A stretch of 57,719 nt of DNA. Origin: a virus. Taxonomy: Duplodnaviria; Caudoviricetes. The stretch is from positions 1 through 57,719 of the IMG/VR virus record IMGVR_UViG_3300042922_000732; one strand, written 5' to 3'. Of this stretch, positions 49,784 to 57,719 are shown in pieces (position 1 is the stretch's first letter; every line of letters begins with the position of its first letter). The position numbers were made by a program, and so were the translations under genes. Under the pieces are notes generated by a model. The model ran no database searches. It was not told where the DNA came from and saw only the letters and a program-made list of their open reading frames with translations.

Positions 49784-50548
49784 TTAAGAATTTAAAAATT
49801 CTTCAACTAAATCCATATAATCTTTAGCTGCATTACATCTTTTTGAACATTCTAAAATTGGCTTATTCTCAAAAGAACTTTCATCAATCTTTACTGTTCT
49901 CCTAATATGTGTCTTAAACATTGGATAACCTGTATTATTATTTAAATAATCCTCTCCCTGAATGTTCACTTGATTTTTAGCAAATTGAGTAATAAAACAG
50001 CCTTTTAACTTAAGATCTGGATTCATTTCTTTGGCATAATCTATTTGCTCTATTAATTCCTTCATCCCATCAAACGTAAATTGATCTATCTTTAATGGTA
50101 TTAATATTTCATTACTTGCTACCATCGCATTTATAACTGAAACATTAATATCTGGTGGATTATCTATCACAGCATAATCATAATTATCTTTTACATTGTC
50201 TAAAGCTTTTCTAAGTATATATTGTTGTGGTCTGCTAGAATCCATAATTACGCTAAGATTTGCTTTAGCTAGTCCCATATTTGCAGGAATTACATCTAAA
50301 TTTTTATATCTTGTCTCAGCAATAACATCTTCTATATCAATATTTCTATTAATCATAATATCTGCAATGCTTAATTCATCTTCATTATGCAATCCAAATA
50401 ATTTAGTTGTATTTCCTTGTTTATCATTATCTATAAGTAGCACTTTTTTGCCATATACTGTGGACAAAATGTGAGCAATGTTAATACTACTCATTGTTTT
50501 TGCAACTCCACCCTTAAGATTAATAATACTTATAACTTTCATACTCAT
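49784..50548 (-). CDS. parA: ParA/Soj ATPase
   Basis: KGGVAKT, IDNDKQGN, IDNPP. Confidence 0.93.
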   Translation of the reverse strand: MSMKVISIINLKGGVAKTMSSINIAHILSTVYGKKVLLIDNDKQGNTTKLFGLHNEDELSIADIMINRNIDIEDVIAETRYKNLDVIPANMGLAKANLSVIMDSSRPQQYILRKALDNVKDNYDYAVIDNPPDINVSVINAMVASNEILIPLKIDQFTFDGMKELIEQIDYAKEMNPDLKLKGCFITQFAKNQVNIQGEDYLNNNTGYPMFKTHIRRTVKIDESSFENKPILECSKRCNAAKDYMDLVEEFLNS

Positions 50549-50724
50549 AATTTCAAACCTCTTCTCTCATTATTTTTTACTTACAATGTAAAATTCTTCT
50601 CTTTATTCTGTTTATATTGTCCATACTGTTCATAAAAGCTTGTTTCTTACCTTCATTCTCCAATTGTCTCTTTTTAGCTATGTCTCTAATCGTTCTTTGT
50701 GCTAATTCATGTGGTGTCATTTTT

Positions 50725-51159
50725 CTACATTCCATCAAACACACCTTCTTTAACAATTGTTTTAGACTTTTCTAAATACTTAGTTAATTTTTCTGATGCT
50801 TCTTGCCATCCATAGCAAACCTCAACATAATACCCTTGTTCAATTAAATCCTTGATCCATTTTTTCTGCTTATTAGTGGGTTTATTATCTCCAACTTTCA
50901 TTTCTATATAAGCACCATGATAACCACCCCTAGGTACTGGCAATGCTAAATCCGGTACTCCTGCTTTAACTCCTTGTCTCTTAAGTGAAACAGCTTCTTT
51001 TTTATCACGCCTTCCACCGTTTGGCACATGATATAACAAATCTAATTCTGGAAACTCTTGAGCAGCCCACATTGCCCACTGAAATAAACATATCTGTTCT
51101 TGAGATTCTTTTGCTGAAAACATATAATTCCTCCTATTCTCTTTTGACTTCATTTGCAA
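50725..51159 (-). CDS. VRR-NUC nuclease
   Basis: HVPNGG…GVKAGVPDL…IEMK. Confidence 0.9.
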   Translation of the reverse strand: MQMKSKENRRNYMFSAKESQEQICLFQWAMWAAQEFPELDLLYHVPNGGRRDKKEAVSLKRQGVKAGVPDLALPVPRGGYHGAYIEMKVGDNKPTNKQKKWIKDLIEQGYYVEVCYGWQEASEKLTKYLEKSKTIVKEGVFDGM

Positions 51160-51886
51160 TTTTTATCATTGTATATTTTAAATATCCATAACCAGTAAAT
51201 TTATTTACACCTTTAAATATGGAATTTTTATCTATGTAATAGCCTTTCTTTGCTTTTGGAACTGATTTATACCATTCTCTTGTGCTAATAATTATTTTAT
51301 TTGGTTCAGGTATTAATAGATTTTTGCTGCAGTTCCATCTCTTACTTTGCAGTTCTTTGCTTTTACATGTTTGTTTTATTAAATAAGATGCTAATTCTGC
51401 ATACTGTCCGGTCTCATCTAAAGGGAAAACTTTAACTCTTCCCTTCGTCCAACATTTTTGAAGTATCTTGGTGTCTATATGATTTATAACCAGATGATGA
51501 TGCCTGGCACCTTTACTCCCAACTTCCATTACATGTATATACTTTAATTCCTTGCCTTGTTTTTTATATTCTTTTCTAAGTTCTCTAAGAGCTTTATCTA
51601 TATCTTCTCTCATTTGCTCTTTTGTATCTGGTCTTTCATCTTTTCTATAATCAAATACTGTATGAAAATCTCCTTCTCCATAATTTGCATTTATTCTCTG
51701 TCTTAATTTTTTCTCTGCTAATTTTAAATTTATCTCTTGTTGATCTTCTGTAGTTTTATTTACAACTTCTCCTCTTTTTACCCCTTTAGCTTTATATCTA
51801 AGGGTATAGTATTTTTCCACCTCTACTGTTTTACCAGCATTAGTTATACTCATAATGTATGGCATATCTATAACCTCACTTGTCAT
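51134..51886 (-). CDS. HUH-type (rolling-circle-like) replication protein
   Basis: YIHVME…HHHLVI (HUH) and LASYLIK (catalytic Tyr), RWNCSKNL. Confidence 0.75.
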   Translation of the reverse strand: MTSEVIDMPYIMSITNAGKTVEVEKYYTLRYKAKGVKRGEVVNKTTEDQQEINLKLAEKKLRQRINANYGEGDFHTVFDYRKDERPDTKEQMREDIDKALRELRKEYKKQGKELKYIHVMEVGSKGARHHHLVINHIDTKILQKCWTKGRVKVFPLDETGQYAELASYLIKQTCKSKELQSKRWNCSKNLLIPEPNKIIISTREWYKSVPKAKKGYYIDKNSIFKGVNKFTGYGYLKYTMIKIANEVKRE

Positions 51887-51963
51887 CTTCTGTAAATGTT
51901 AAATATCTTTTATATTTGTCCTAAAGTTAATAGATTTATCAAGTCTCAAAGCCTTGATTTCAT

Positions 51964-52066
51964 TTGATTTTTCGCCATACATTTGGTATAATATTTTTAA
52001 AGATTTTTTAAGCAAATGTATAGCTTAGGTGAGTATGATTAGGCAAAATCATACTCACTCTTTTTT
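51964..52066 (+). ncRNA. Candidate counter-transcribed RNA upstream of rep
   Basis: TTGATT-17-TATAAT (51964-51992); 12-bp stem GTGAGTATGATT/AATCATACTCAC plus T-run. Confidence 0.55.
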
Positions 52067-52069
52067 ACA

Positions 52070-52219
52070 TTAATGTAAAAAAATGCTGTACTTTTCATTT
52101 GTAAACTTGTCCTCTTTCATTTTTGAGCAACACCATGGGCATTTATAGCCATCTTTAGGTATGCTTTTCTTTATACTTACATTCCAATGCAATCTGCATT
52201 TTATGCACTTGATAGTCAT
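52070..52219 (-). CDS. 49-aa zinc-finger protein
   Basis: MTIKCIKC…YKCPWC; follows AbrB-like gene. Confidence 0.55.
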   Translation of the reverse strand: MTIKCIKCRLHWNVSIKKSIPKDGYKCPWCCSKMKEDKFTNEKYSIFLH

Positions 52220-52223
52220 AGCA

Positions 52224-52463
52224 TTACTTCTTCATTTCATCTAAGCATCTTGTACAAATATTCTTGCCTTTATAATTTATTACATCCTTCCCTTCGTTGC
52301 AGAATATACAAGTCGGCTCATATTTTTTTAATATTATTTGATCTCCATCTGTATATATTTCCATTGGATCACATTCATTTATATCCATTGTTTTTCTTAG
52401 TTCCTTTGGAATTACTATCCTTCCTAACTCGTCGACCTTCCTTACTATTCCTGTTGCTTTCAT
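52224..52463 (-). CDS. abrB: AbrB-family transition-state regulator homologue
   Basis: MKATGIVRKVDELGRIVIPKELR…LKKYEPTCIFC. Confidence 0.93.
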   Translation of the reverse strand: MKATGIVRKVDELGRIVIPKELRKTMDINECDPMEIYTDGDQIILKKYEPTCIFCNEGKDVINYKGKNICTRCLDEMKK

Positions 52464-52551
52464 TTTTTATTTCTCCTCTCAATTTTTAAATTATTTTTTA
52501 TATTAATTTCAACATATGGTAAAATTATGTTGAAAGGGGGGGACTCTATTT

Positions 52552-52980
52552 ATGAAATTAAATCCTGATTGTATTCGAGATATTTTACTTACTGTTGAAG
52601 AAGAAACTTCACCTTCATCTCAATTTGTATATAAGCCTTCTGAAAAATACACTAATAGATTTCTTCTAGATGATGAATCAGAAGACGAACATCAAATAAT
52701 ACATGAAAGATTGAAATCTTATACAGATGAAGAAATCTTATATCATATCAATCAATGTGAACTATCTGGCTTTTTTACTAACGTTAATCCATGTACTGGA
52801 TATTTATATTTCATTCAAGATTTGTCACCACTTGGTCATCAGTTTCTAGCTGATATTCGTTCTGATACCAATTGGAATAAAACTAAAGATATTGCAAAAA
52901 AAGTCGGTTCGTTTTCTCTAAACACTTTAAAGGATATTTCTGTAAAAGTTATATCTGATGTTATTTCCAAATCTTTTTAA
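52552..52980 (+). CDS. DUF2513-like winged-helix protein, opposite orientation
   Basis: MKLNPDCIRDILL…LSPLGHQFLADIR. Confidence 0.8.
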   Translation: MKLNPDCIRDILLTVEEETSPSSQFVYKPSEKYTNRFLLDDESEDEHQIIHERLKSYTDEEILYHINQCELSGFFTNVNPCTGYLYFIQDLSPLGHQFLADIRSDTNWNKTKDIAKKVGSFSLNTLKDISVKVISDVISKSF

Positions 52981-53170
52981 ATTTATTTAAAATGCTGCTG
53001 ATTGAATTTTTCACTGCCCAATCAGTGGCATTTTTAAGTTCTTCTTCTGTTGGCTTAATATTATTCATTTCCATATAATGAATTGCTCCACATAATCCAT
53101 GAAAATAAGCAAACCATTTTACTATTGCCAATGCAGCTAATCCTGATACTATTAAAAGTAATATCATCAT
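52961..53170 (-). CDS. Small membrane hypothetical protein
   Basis: GGAGG RBS; N-terminal TM. Confidence 0.6.
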   Translation of the reverse strand: MMILLLIVSGLAALAIVKWFAYFHGLCGAIHYMEMNNIKPTEEELKNATDWAVKNSISSILNKFKKIWK

Positions 53171-53201
53171 TTCTTGCCTCCCAATTTATTAAGGCTTATT
53201 A

Positions 53202-53399
53202 TTAAGCTTTTCTTTTAATGAAATAAAACTTATTTTCATCTGTTTTAAAGATGAATTTCAAATTGTAATTTTTTAAATCTAATACTCCAACCGCTTCTCC
53301 CTTTGGAGATATAAGAATATAATTATTTATATCTTCCATGGCTTGTACTTTTTTAATTTGCTTAACGCTAATTTGTATTGCTCCATTATCGCTTATCAA
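53202..53399 (-). CDS. Hypothetical protein
   Basis: ORF in early operon. Confidence 0.5.
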   Translation of the reverse strand: MISDNGAIQISVKQIKKVQAMEDINNYILISPKGEAVGVLDLKNYNLKFIFKTDENKFYFIKRKA

Positions 53400-53558
53400 T
53401 ATTATTATTTTTTATCATCTCCTTTCATCTTCAATTTCAGATTCAACTGGATCAAACCCCTGTTCTATTAATGATGAAAATTCAATTTCCATTTCATTAC
53501 CTTCTACATTTCCAAATTTAAATTCATATCCTGTTTCCATAACTTTTCTCCCTCTCAT

Positions 53559-53693
53559 TTATTTTTTATTAAAATATCTATTCATATAATCATCTAAATT
53601 CTGACTAGCTATTAATGCTTCAATAGAAGCATGTCCATATTTATTAATTGCTTCATGCATCAGTTCTCTTAGCTCCTCTCCCTTTATATCCAT
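53559..53693 (-). CDS. Spo0E-like aspartyl-phosphate phosphatase, 44 aa
   Basis: MDIKGEELRELMHEAINKYGHASIEALIASQNLDDYMNRYFNKK with SQxLD signature; absent from ORF track. Confidence 0.75.
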   Translation of the reverse strand: MDIKGEELRELMHEAINKYGHASIEALIASQNLDDYMNRYFNKK

Positions 53694-53848
53694 CACTTAC
53701 CCCTTTCTTTAATTTGTTTCACCACTTCTTTCATAGTTGCTTCTCCAAATTTAGCAATTAAACTTTCAGCCATGCTCTTATGAAATTCATTTATTAGTTC
53801 TTCGCTTGGTGGATTTTTCTCATAAAATTCAAACTCTCTATTCACCAT
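53693..53848 (-). CDS. 51-aa hypothetical protein
   Basis: AAGGAG RBS in repeat unit; coupled to the Spo0E-like ORF. Confidence 0.6.
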   Translation of the reverse strand: MVNREFEFYEKNPPSEELINEFHKSMAESLIAKFGEATMKEVVKQIKERGK

Positions 53849-53959
53849 TTACACTTCTCCTTAAAATAAATTTATTTTGATATTGTATGTATTTTTAAAA
53901 ATTTCAACCTTATCTTAAGCTGTTTTTATAATTTGAGCTTTTCAAAAATTCTAACTAAA

Positions 53960-54199
53960 TCATAATATCCTGTGTTCTTCTGTTACCTTTTCTATCCATC
54001 TATCCAAAGCTCTTCTATCTATAGATGTTCTAGCTCCAACTTTGAAGAAAGGAAAGTCTGTTTTTGGTTTCTCAACAAGCTCTCTTAACTTTTCATGTCC
54101 AATGCCCAGGTAATTGGCTGCTTCTTGGATTGAAAAAGTTATCTTTTCAGGTTTTTCAGTTTTTAGCGCTGCCAATATTTCTTTCAATAATTCTTCCAT
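53960..54199 (-). CDS. Excisionase-like HTH_17 DNA-binding protein
   Basis: FSIQEAANYLGIG…FPFFKVGAR..IDRRALDRW. Confidence 0.85.
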   Translation of the reverse strand: MEELLKEILAALKTEKPEKITFSIQEAANYLGIGHEKLRELVEKPKTDFPFFKVGARTSIDRRALDRWIEKVTEEHRIL

Positions 54200-54287
54200 G
54201 AAATCAATCTCCTTAAAATAAATTTATTGTATTAGTATGTGCATATTGTAAAATTCTAAACTTATTTTAAGTTATGTATTGGTCTTA

Positions 54288-54461
54288 TCATTTAATATAA
54301 TGATGAGATCTAATTCTTAATTCAAAGTACCTTTTCATCGCTTCGGTTCTCTTTTCTGGATTTAATTCTCTAACTCCACCTTTAAATATTTGTTGAATAT
54401 TAATTATTACTTCTTTAGCTTCTTCTGTTAATTCTTGAGTTTCATTCAATAGTTCTTTCAT
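54288..54461 (-). CDS. 57-aa hypothetical protein
   Basis: AAGGAGGT RBS in repeat unit; MKELLNETQELTEEAK…. Confidence 0.6.
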   Translation of the reverse strand: MKELLNETQELTEEAKEVIINIQQIFKGGVRELNPEKRTEAMKRYFELRIRSHHYIK

Positions 54462-54684
54462 GGAATCAACCTCCTTAAAATAAATTTATTATATTAGTAT
54501 GTGCACATTGTGGAATTCTAAACTTATTTTAAGTTACTGTTTTATATATTATTTGTTACGTCAAAAATTGCAGCAAGGCTATTTTTCTATAGTTAAACTG
54601 AATATAATCGCTTCGAGCTATAAAACGTGATATATAAGTTTTGTTATGTTAATGATTTGATTAAGGCTCTTTAGCCCATTTATC

Positions 54685-54834
54685 CTATTTTTGTTTTTCC
54701 AAAGAGTTAATTAATTCTTTTAATTCTTCCAGATTTAATTTTTTTAAAGTTATCTTTGCAAGTACTCTTGCATAAGCACTTTCTAAAATATCTTTTCCTT
54801 CTTTTGTTCCCGGTAATACCAAAGATACTTTCAT
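54685..54834 (-). CDS. 49-aa hypothetical protein
   Basis: AGGGGGAG RBS; MKVSLVLPGTKEGKDILESAYARVLAK…. Confidence 0.6.
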   Translation of the reverse strand: MKVSLVLPGTKEGKDILESAYARVLAKITLKKLNLEELKELINSLEKQK

Positions 54835-54912
54835 TGTGCTCCCCCCTATTCATATATCCATAATATGTTTTACCCTTCGCTTGTGTTACTTTGAATTTTC
54901 TTCTTTTTAATT

Positions 54913-55131
54913 TTAAGAACAACTCTTTTCATCATTAACCTCCTCGATCATTTCGTTAATTGAAATACCTAAACCTTTTGCAATTTTTACTGCAGTATCA
55001 AAACGAGGATTTGGATTATTCCCTTCTACAATGTCGTACAATGTCGCATACCCAACTTTGCATTTTTTTGCTGCAGAATTAATTGTCATGTTCCTTTTTT
55101 TAATAGCTTGTACAATTACTGTTATATTCAC
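54913..55131 (-). CDS. Cro-like XRE regulator
   Basis: HTH; divergent from repressor. Confidence 0.85.
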   Translation of the reverse strand: MNITVIVQAIKKRNMTINSAAKKCKVGYATLYDIVEGNNPNPRFDTAVKIAKGLGISINEMIEEVNDEKSCS

Positions 55132-55143
55132 TTCGCACCCCCC

Positions 55144-55361
55144 TATCGGTTTACCGTGATTATGTTTAAATTATATATCGGTAATTTGATAGTGACAAAG
55201 TCTATATTTTGCCTTTACAACTTGTTTTTTAATTAAAATCATACTTTTTCTTAAAAAATCTAAAAATTGCTTTTATTGTCTTATCACTTAACCGATATTA
55301 TTTTTAATATTTGTCGATATACCGATAATTGTTTTTCTTGAAAGTTATCGGAAAACTGATA
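55144..55361. promoter_or_regulatory. Five 16-bp operators, consensus TATCGG-n4-CCGATA
   Basis: Imperfect palindromes at 55144, 55176, 55282, 55312, 55346. Confidence 0.8.
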
Positions 55362-55402
55362 TAATTATATTTAAATAAAAATAAATTATAATTTATTAAA
55401 GG

Positions 55403-55792
55403 ATGGTTAATATAATGGAAATTAGTACATTAGGTATGAATATTAAGACTTTAAGAGAGAAAAAGGGATGGAGCGTAAACAAATTAAAAGAAATTAGTTC
55501 TGTTGGATATGCAACTCTACATGACATAGAAAGTGGCAAAAGTCAAACAATGAATTCTAAAAGCCTAGAAAAAGTTGCTAGAGCACTTAATACTACAAGT
55601 GATGATCTATTAAATATAGAATCTATAGAGTTTGTAGTTGAAGATATCGCAGAAACTATAGATGCTATTTTTGAATCAGAGGAATTAAAATTAGATGGAA
55701 TAAATTTAAGTGAATACGAAACTGAATTTTTGAAAGACTTCTTCGCCGCAGGAGTAGAGAAAATAAGAAAGAAAAGAGTTGAACAAAAATAA
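55403..55792 (+). CDS. CI-like XRE repressor without an S24 peptidase domain
   Basis: IKTLREKKGWSVNKL…YATLHDIESG; TAATG-coupled to the integrase. Confidence 0.87.
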   Translation: MVNIMEISTLGMNIKTLREKKGWSVNKLKEISSVGYATLHDIESGKSQTMNSKSLEKVARALNTTSDDLLNIESIEFVVEDIAETIDAIFESEELKLDGINLSEYETEFLKDFFAAGVEKIRKKRVEQK

Positions 55793-57600
55793 TGAACAAA
55801 AGAATTGCGATATATAGTAGAAAATCAAAGTTTACTGGAAAAGGCGATTCGATAGAAAACCAAATTGAAATGTGTAAGGATTACATAGAAAAAAATATAG
55901 GCACAAATACTGAAATAACTGTATATGAGGATGAAGGTTTTAGTGGCGGAAATCTTGATAGACCTAAGTTTAAAAAATTAATGTCTGATATTAAAAATAA
56001 AAAAAACGATATCTTAATATGTTATAGATTAGATCGTATTTCTAGAAATGTTGCAGATTTCTCTTCAACATTAGAATTGCTACAAGCTAATAATTGTGAT
56101 TTTATATCAATAAAAGAACAATTTGACACTAGTACGCCTATGGGAAGAGCAATGATATATATTGCTAGTGTATTTGCTCAATTAGAGCGTGAGACAATAG
56201 CAGAGCGCGTTAAAGATAATATGCTTGAAATGGCAAAAAACGGTCGATGGACTGGCGGAAAAATCCCACTCGGTTTTCATTCTGAAAAAATAAAAGTAAT
56301 CGACGAACAAGGATTAACAAGAGAAACTCCACAATTAATTGTTAATGATGAAGAAATACAATTTGTTAAGTTTCTATATGAAAAATATCTAGAATTAGGA
56401 AGTTTGCATAAATTAGAGGTATATATAACTCAAAATCAAATTAAATCTAGAAATGGCATTCTATATGAAAAATCTTCACTTAAAATAATTTTGCAGAACC
56501 CTATATACGTAAAGGCTAATGAGAATGTTGTAGAATATCTAAAAAATAATAATTGGTCCATTTACGGTGTTGCTGATAATATACATTCTTTATTGACTTA
56601 CAATAAGACAGAACAAACCAAGAAAAATGGAAAGTATACTAAACAAAATAAGCCTCTAGACGAAAGATTCGCAGCTGTAAGCAACATAAAAGGTTTTATT
56701 GATCCACAATTATGGTTAAATGTTCAATATCAGTTTGATAAAAACAGAGATAAATTCCCACGCCTAGGGAAAACACATAATGCTCTTTTGGTTGGAAAGC
56801 TAAAGTGTGGAAAATGTAAAGAATATATGTTAATTCAACACGGCAAAGTATCTGCTGTTACTGGGAAAAAATTATTTTATTATACATGTTCACTTAAAAG
56901 AAAATCTCACAGATCATTATGCAATAATGATAACGCTAAAGCTGATAAAATTGAAAATCTAGTTTTATTATCTCTAAAAAGTTTAGCCTATAAACAAGAT
57001 GAATATTTAAATAATATAAAAAAAGGTTACAAAGAAATGACAAGCCAAAAAGGAATTAAAATAGAATTTCTTTCTCTTAAGCAATCATTAAACGAGAAAA
57101 AAAATCAAATTGATAATTTAGTAAATAAACTTTCCTTTGCTCCCGAAATATCAGATATATTATTAGAAAAAATAAAAACCTTAAAATCAGAATGTATTGA
57201 TATAGAAAGCAAAATACATTCATTAAAATCTAATGAAGACAAAGCAAAATTAGAGTTATTAAATATAGAAATTATTAAACAATTATTAGATAAATGCGCA
57301 AATATAGAACATCTTACTAGAGACGAGCAAAAAGAAATTATTGACACTTTAATTGATGTTGTTTATTGGTATGGCAATGGAGATGATGAAGGCATAAAAA
57401 TTAAATTCATAGGCACAAATGAGGAAGATAGCACTATTGAATATACTGAAGCTGAACTGCAATCGATGTTGCAGTTCAGTTCACCTAGCATGGCCCGTAT
57501 CGAGAAGAATGATATTTTCCGCAAATTCTTTCAAGGCATATTGCTGGCAAACCTTTGTATTAAGCTTGTCATAATTTATATCTTCCTTTGGGACCTTTAA
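55792..57600 (+). CDS. Large serine recombinase (integrase), prophage form; last 35 aa come from the antisense strand of the host gene
   Basis: YSRKS, DEGFSG, YRLDRISR, recombinase domain, CGKC…C…C zinc ribbon, coiled coil; ORF crosses the att core at codon 567. Confidence 0.95.
   Translation: MNKRIAIYSRKSKFTGKGDSIENQIEMCKDYIEKNIGTNTEITVYEDEGFSGGNLDRPKFKKLMSDIKNKKNDILICYRLDRISRNVADFSSTLELLQANNCDFISIKEQFDTSTPMGRAMIYIASVFAQLERETIAERVKDNMLEMAKNGRWTGGKIPLGFHSEKIKVIDEQGLTRETPQLIVNDEEIQFVKFLYEKYLELGSLHKLEVYITQNQIKSRNGILYEKSSLKIILQNPIYVKANENVVEYLKNNNWSIYGVADNIHSLLTYNKTEQTKKNGKYTKQNKPLDERFAAVSNIKGFIDPQLWLNVQYQFDKNRDKFPRLGKTHNALLVGKLKCGKCKEYMLIQHGKVSAVTGKKLFYYTCSLKRKSHRSLCNNDNAKADKIENLVLLSLKSLAYKQDEYLNNIKKGYKEMTSQKGIKIEFLSLKQSLNEKKNQIDNLVNKLSFAPEISDILLEKIKTLKSECIDIESKIHSLKSNEDKAKLELLNIEIIKQLLDKCANIEHLTRDEQKEIIDTLIDVVYWYGNGDDEGIKIKFIGTNEEDSTIEYTEAELQSMLQFSSPSMARIEKNDIFRKFFQGILLANLCIKLVIIYIFLWDL
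57466..57492. other. Right attachment junction (phage arm plus core), located inside the integrase ORF
   Basis: ATGTTGCAGTT…TTCAC…TAGCATG; mirrors the left arm. Confidence 0.9.
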
Positions 57601-57719
57601 CACAACAACACCTTTAGTATCTAATTCGTTTCTAATTTCTTCTGACAAACTTTCCTTTGCTAATTTACATGATCCTGAAAATGCTCCTAATATATCATCA
57701 CCTCTTTCACCTTGAATAT
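57481..57719 (-). pseudogene. 5' part of the interrupted host gene, truncated by a prophage-derived stop
   Basis: Minus strand reads IQGERGDDILGAFSGSCKLAKESL…AENIILLDTGHAR*; TGA at 57481-57483 lies just inside the prophage. Confidence 0.8.

Larger units (their letters stand above)
53857..54536 (-). repeat. Three ~65-bp promoter/RBS repeat units (53857-53921, 54209-54273, 54471-54536)
   Basis: Shared CTCCTTAAAATAAATTTATT…GTATGT…CTTAT.TTAAG. Confidence 0.8.
166..57492. mobile_element. Complete-looking temperate prophage (contractile-tail, PBSX/Xkd-like) inserted in a host gene
   Basis: TAGCATG direct repeat at 166-172 and 57486-57492; host ORF halves on either side join in frame; integrase, immunity, replication, packaging, head, tail and lysis modules all present. 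Confidence 0.95.

Noticed and set aside
53857-54536. Possible CRISPR-like array from three spaced repeats
   Set aside because: Repeats are ~65 bp, degenerate, end in an RBS and are separated by whole ORFs; no cas genes.
54707-54922. ORF-track 71-aa basic ORF
   Set aside because: An overlapping frame (54685..54834) has a much better RBS and more protein-like sequence.

Overview
The window holds one apparently complete ~57.3-kb low-GC Clostridium-type temperate myophage, bounded by a 7-bp TAGCATG core at 166-172 and 57486-57492. It is integrated by a large serine recombinase into a host minus-strand gene (probable FAD-dependent oxidoreductase) whose two halves rejoin in frame (…LLDTGHA|KLMTTYYPL…). 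From right to left: integrase and CI/Cro switch; early genes (Xis-like, Spo0E-like, AbrB-like); HUH-type Rep, VRR-NUC, ParA/ParB; four further recombinases; PBSX-like terminase, head and contractile tail; lysis genes; a defence-like cargo block (Lamassu-like pair, HEPN-like protein, Ser/Thr kinase); and an RRNPP receptor-peptide communication module. The most notable features are: (i) attP lies inside the integrase gene, so excision would replace a hydrophobic 35-aa tail with an in-frame XRE-HTH domain encoded at the other prophage end; (ii) an arbitrium-like receptor, an unannotated 52-aa pro-peptide ending SNDPGGW and an AimX-positioned small transcript lie next to the left att junction; (iii) two morons carry a boxA-like motif plus a sequence complementary to their own terminator. 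All family assignments come from motif recognition by eye; no searches were run.
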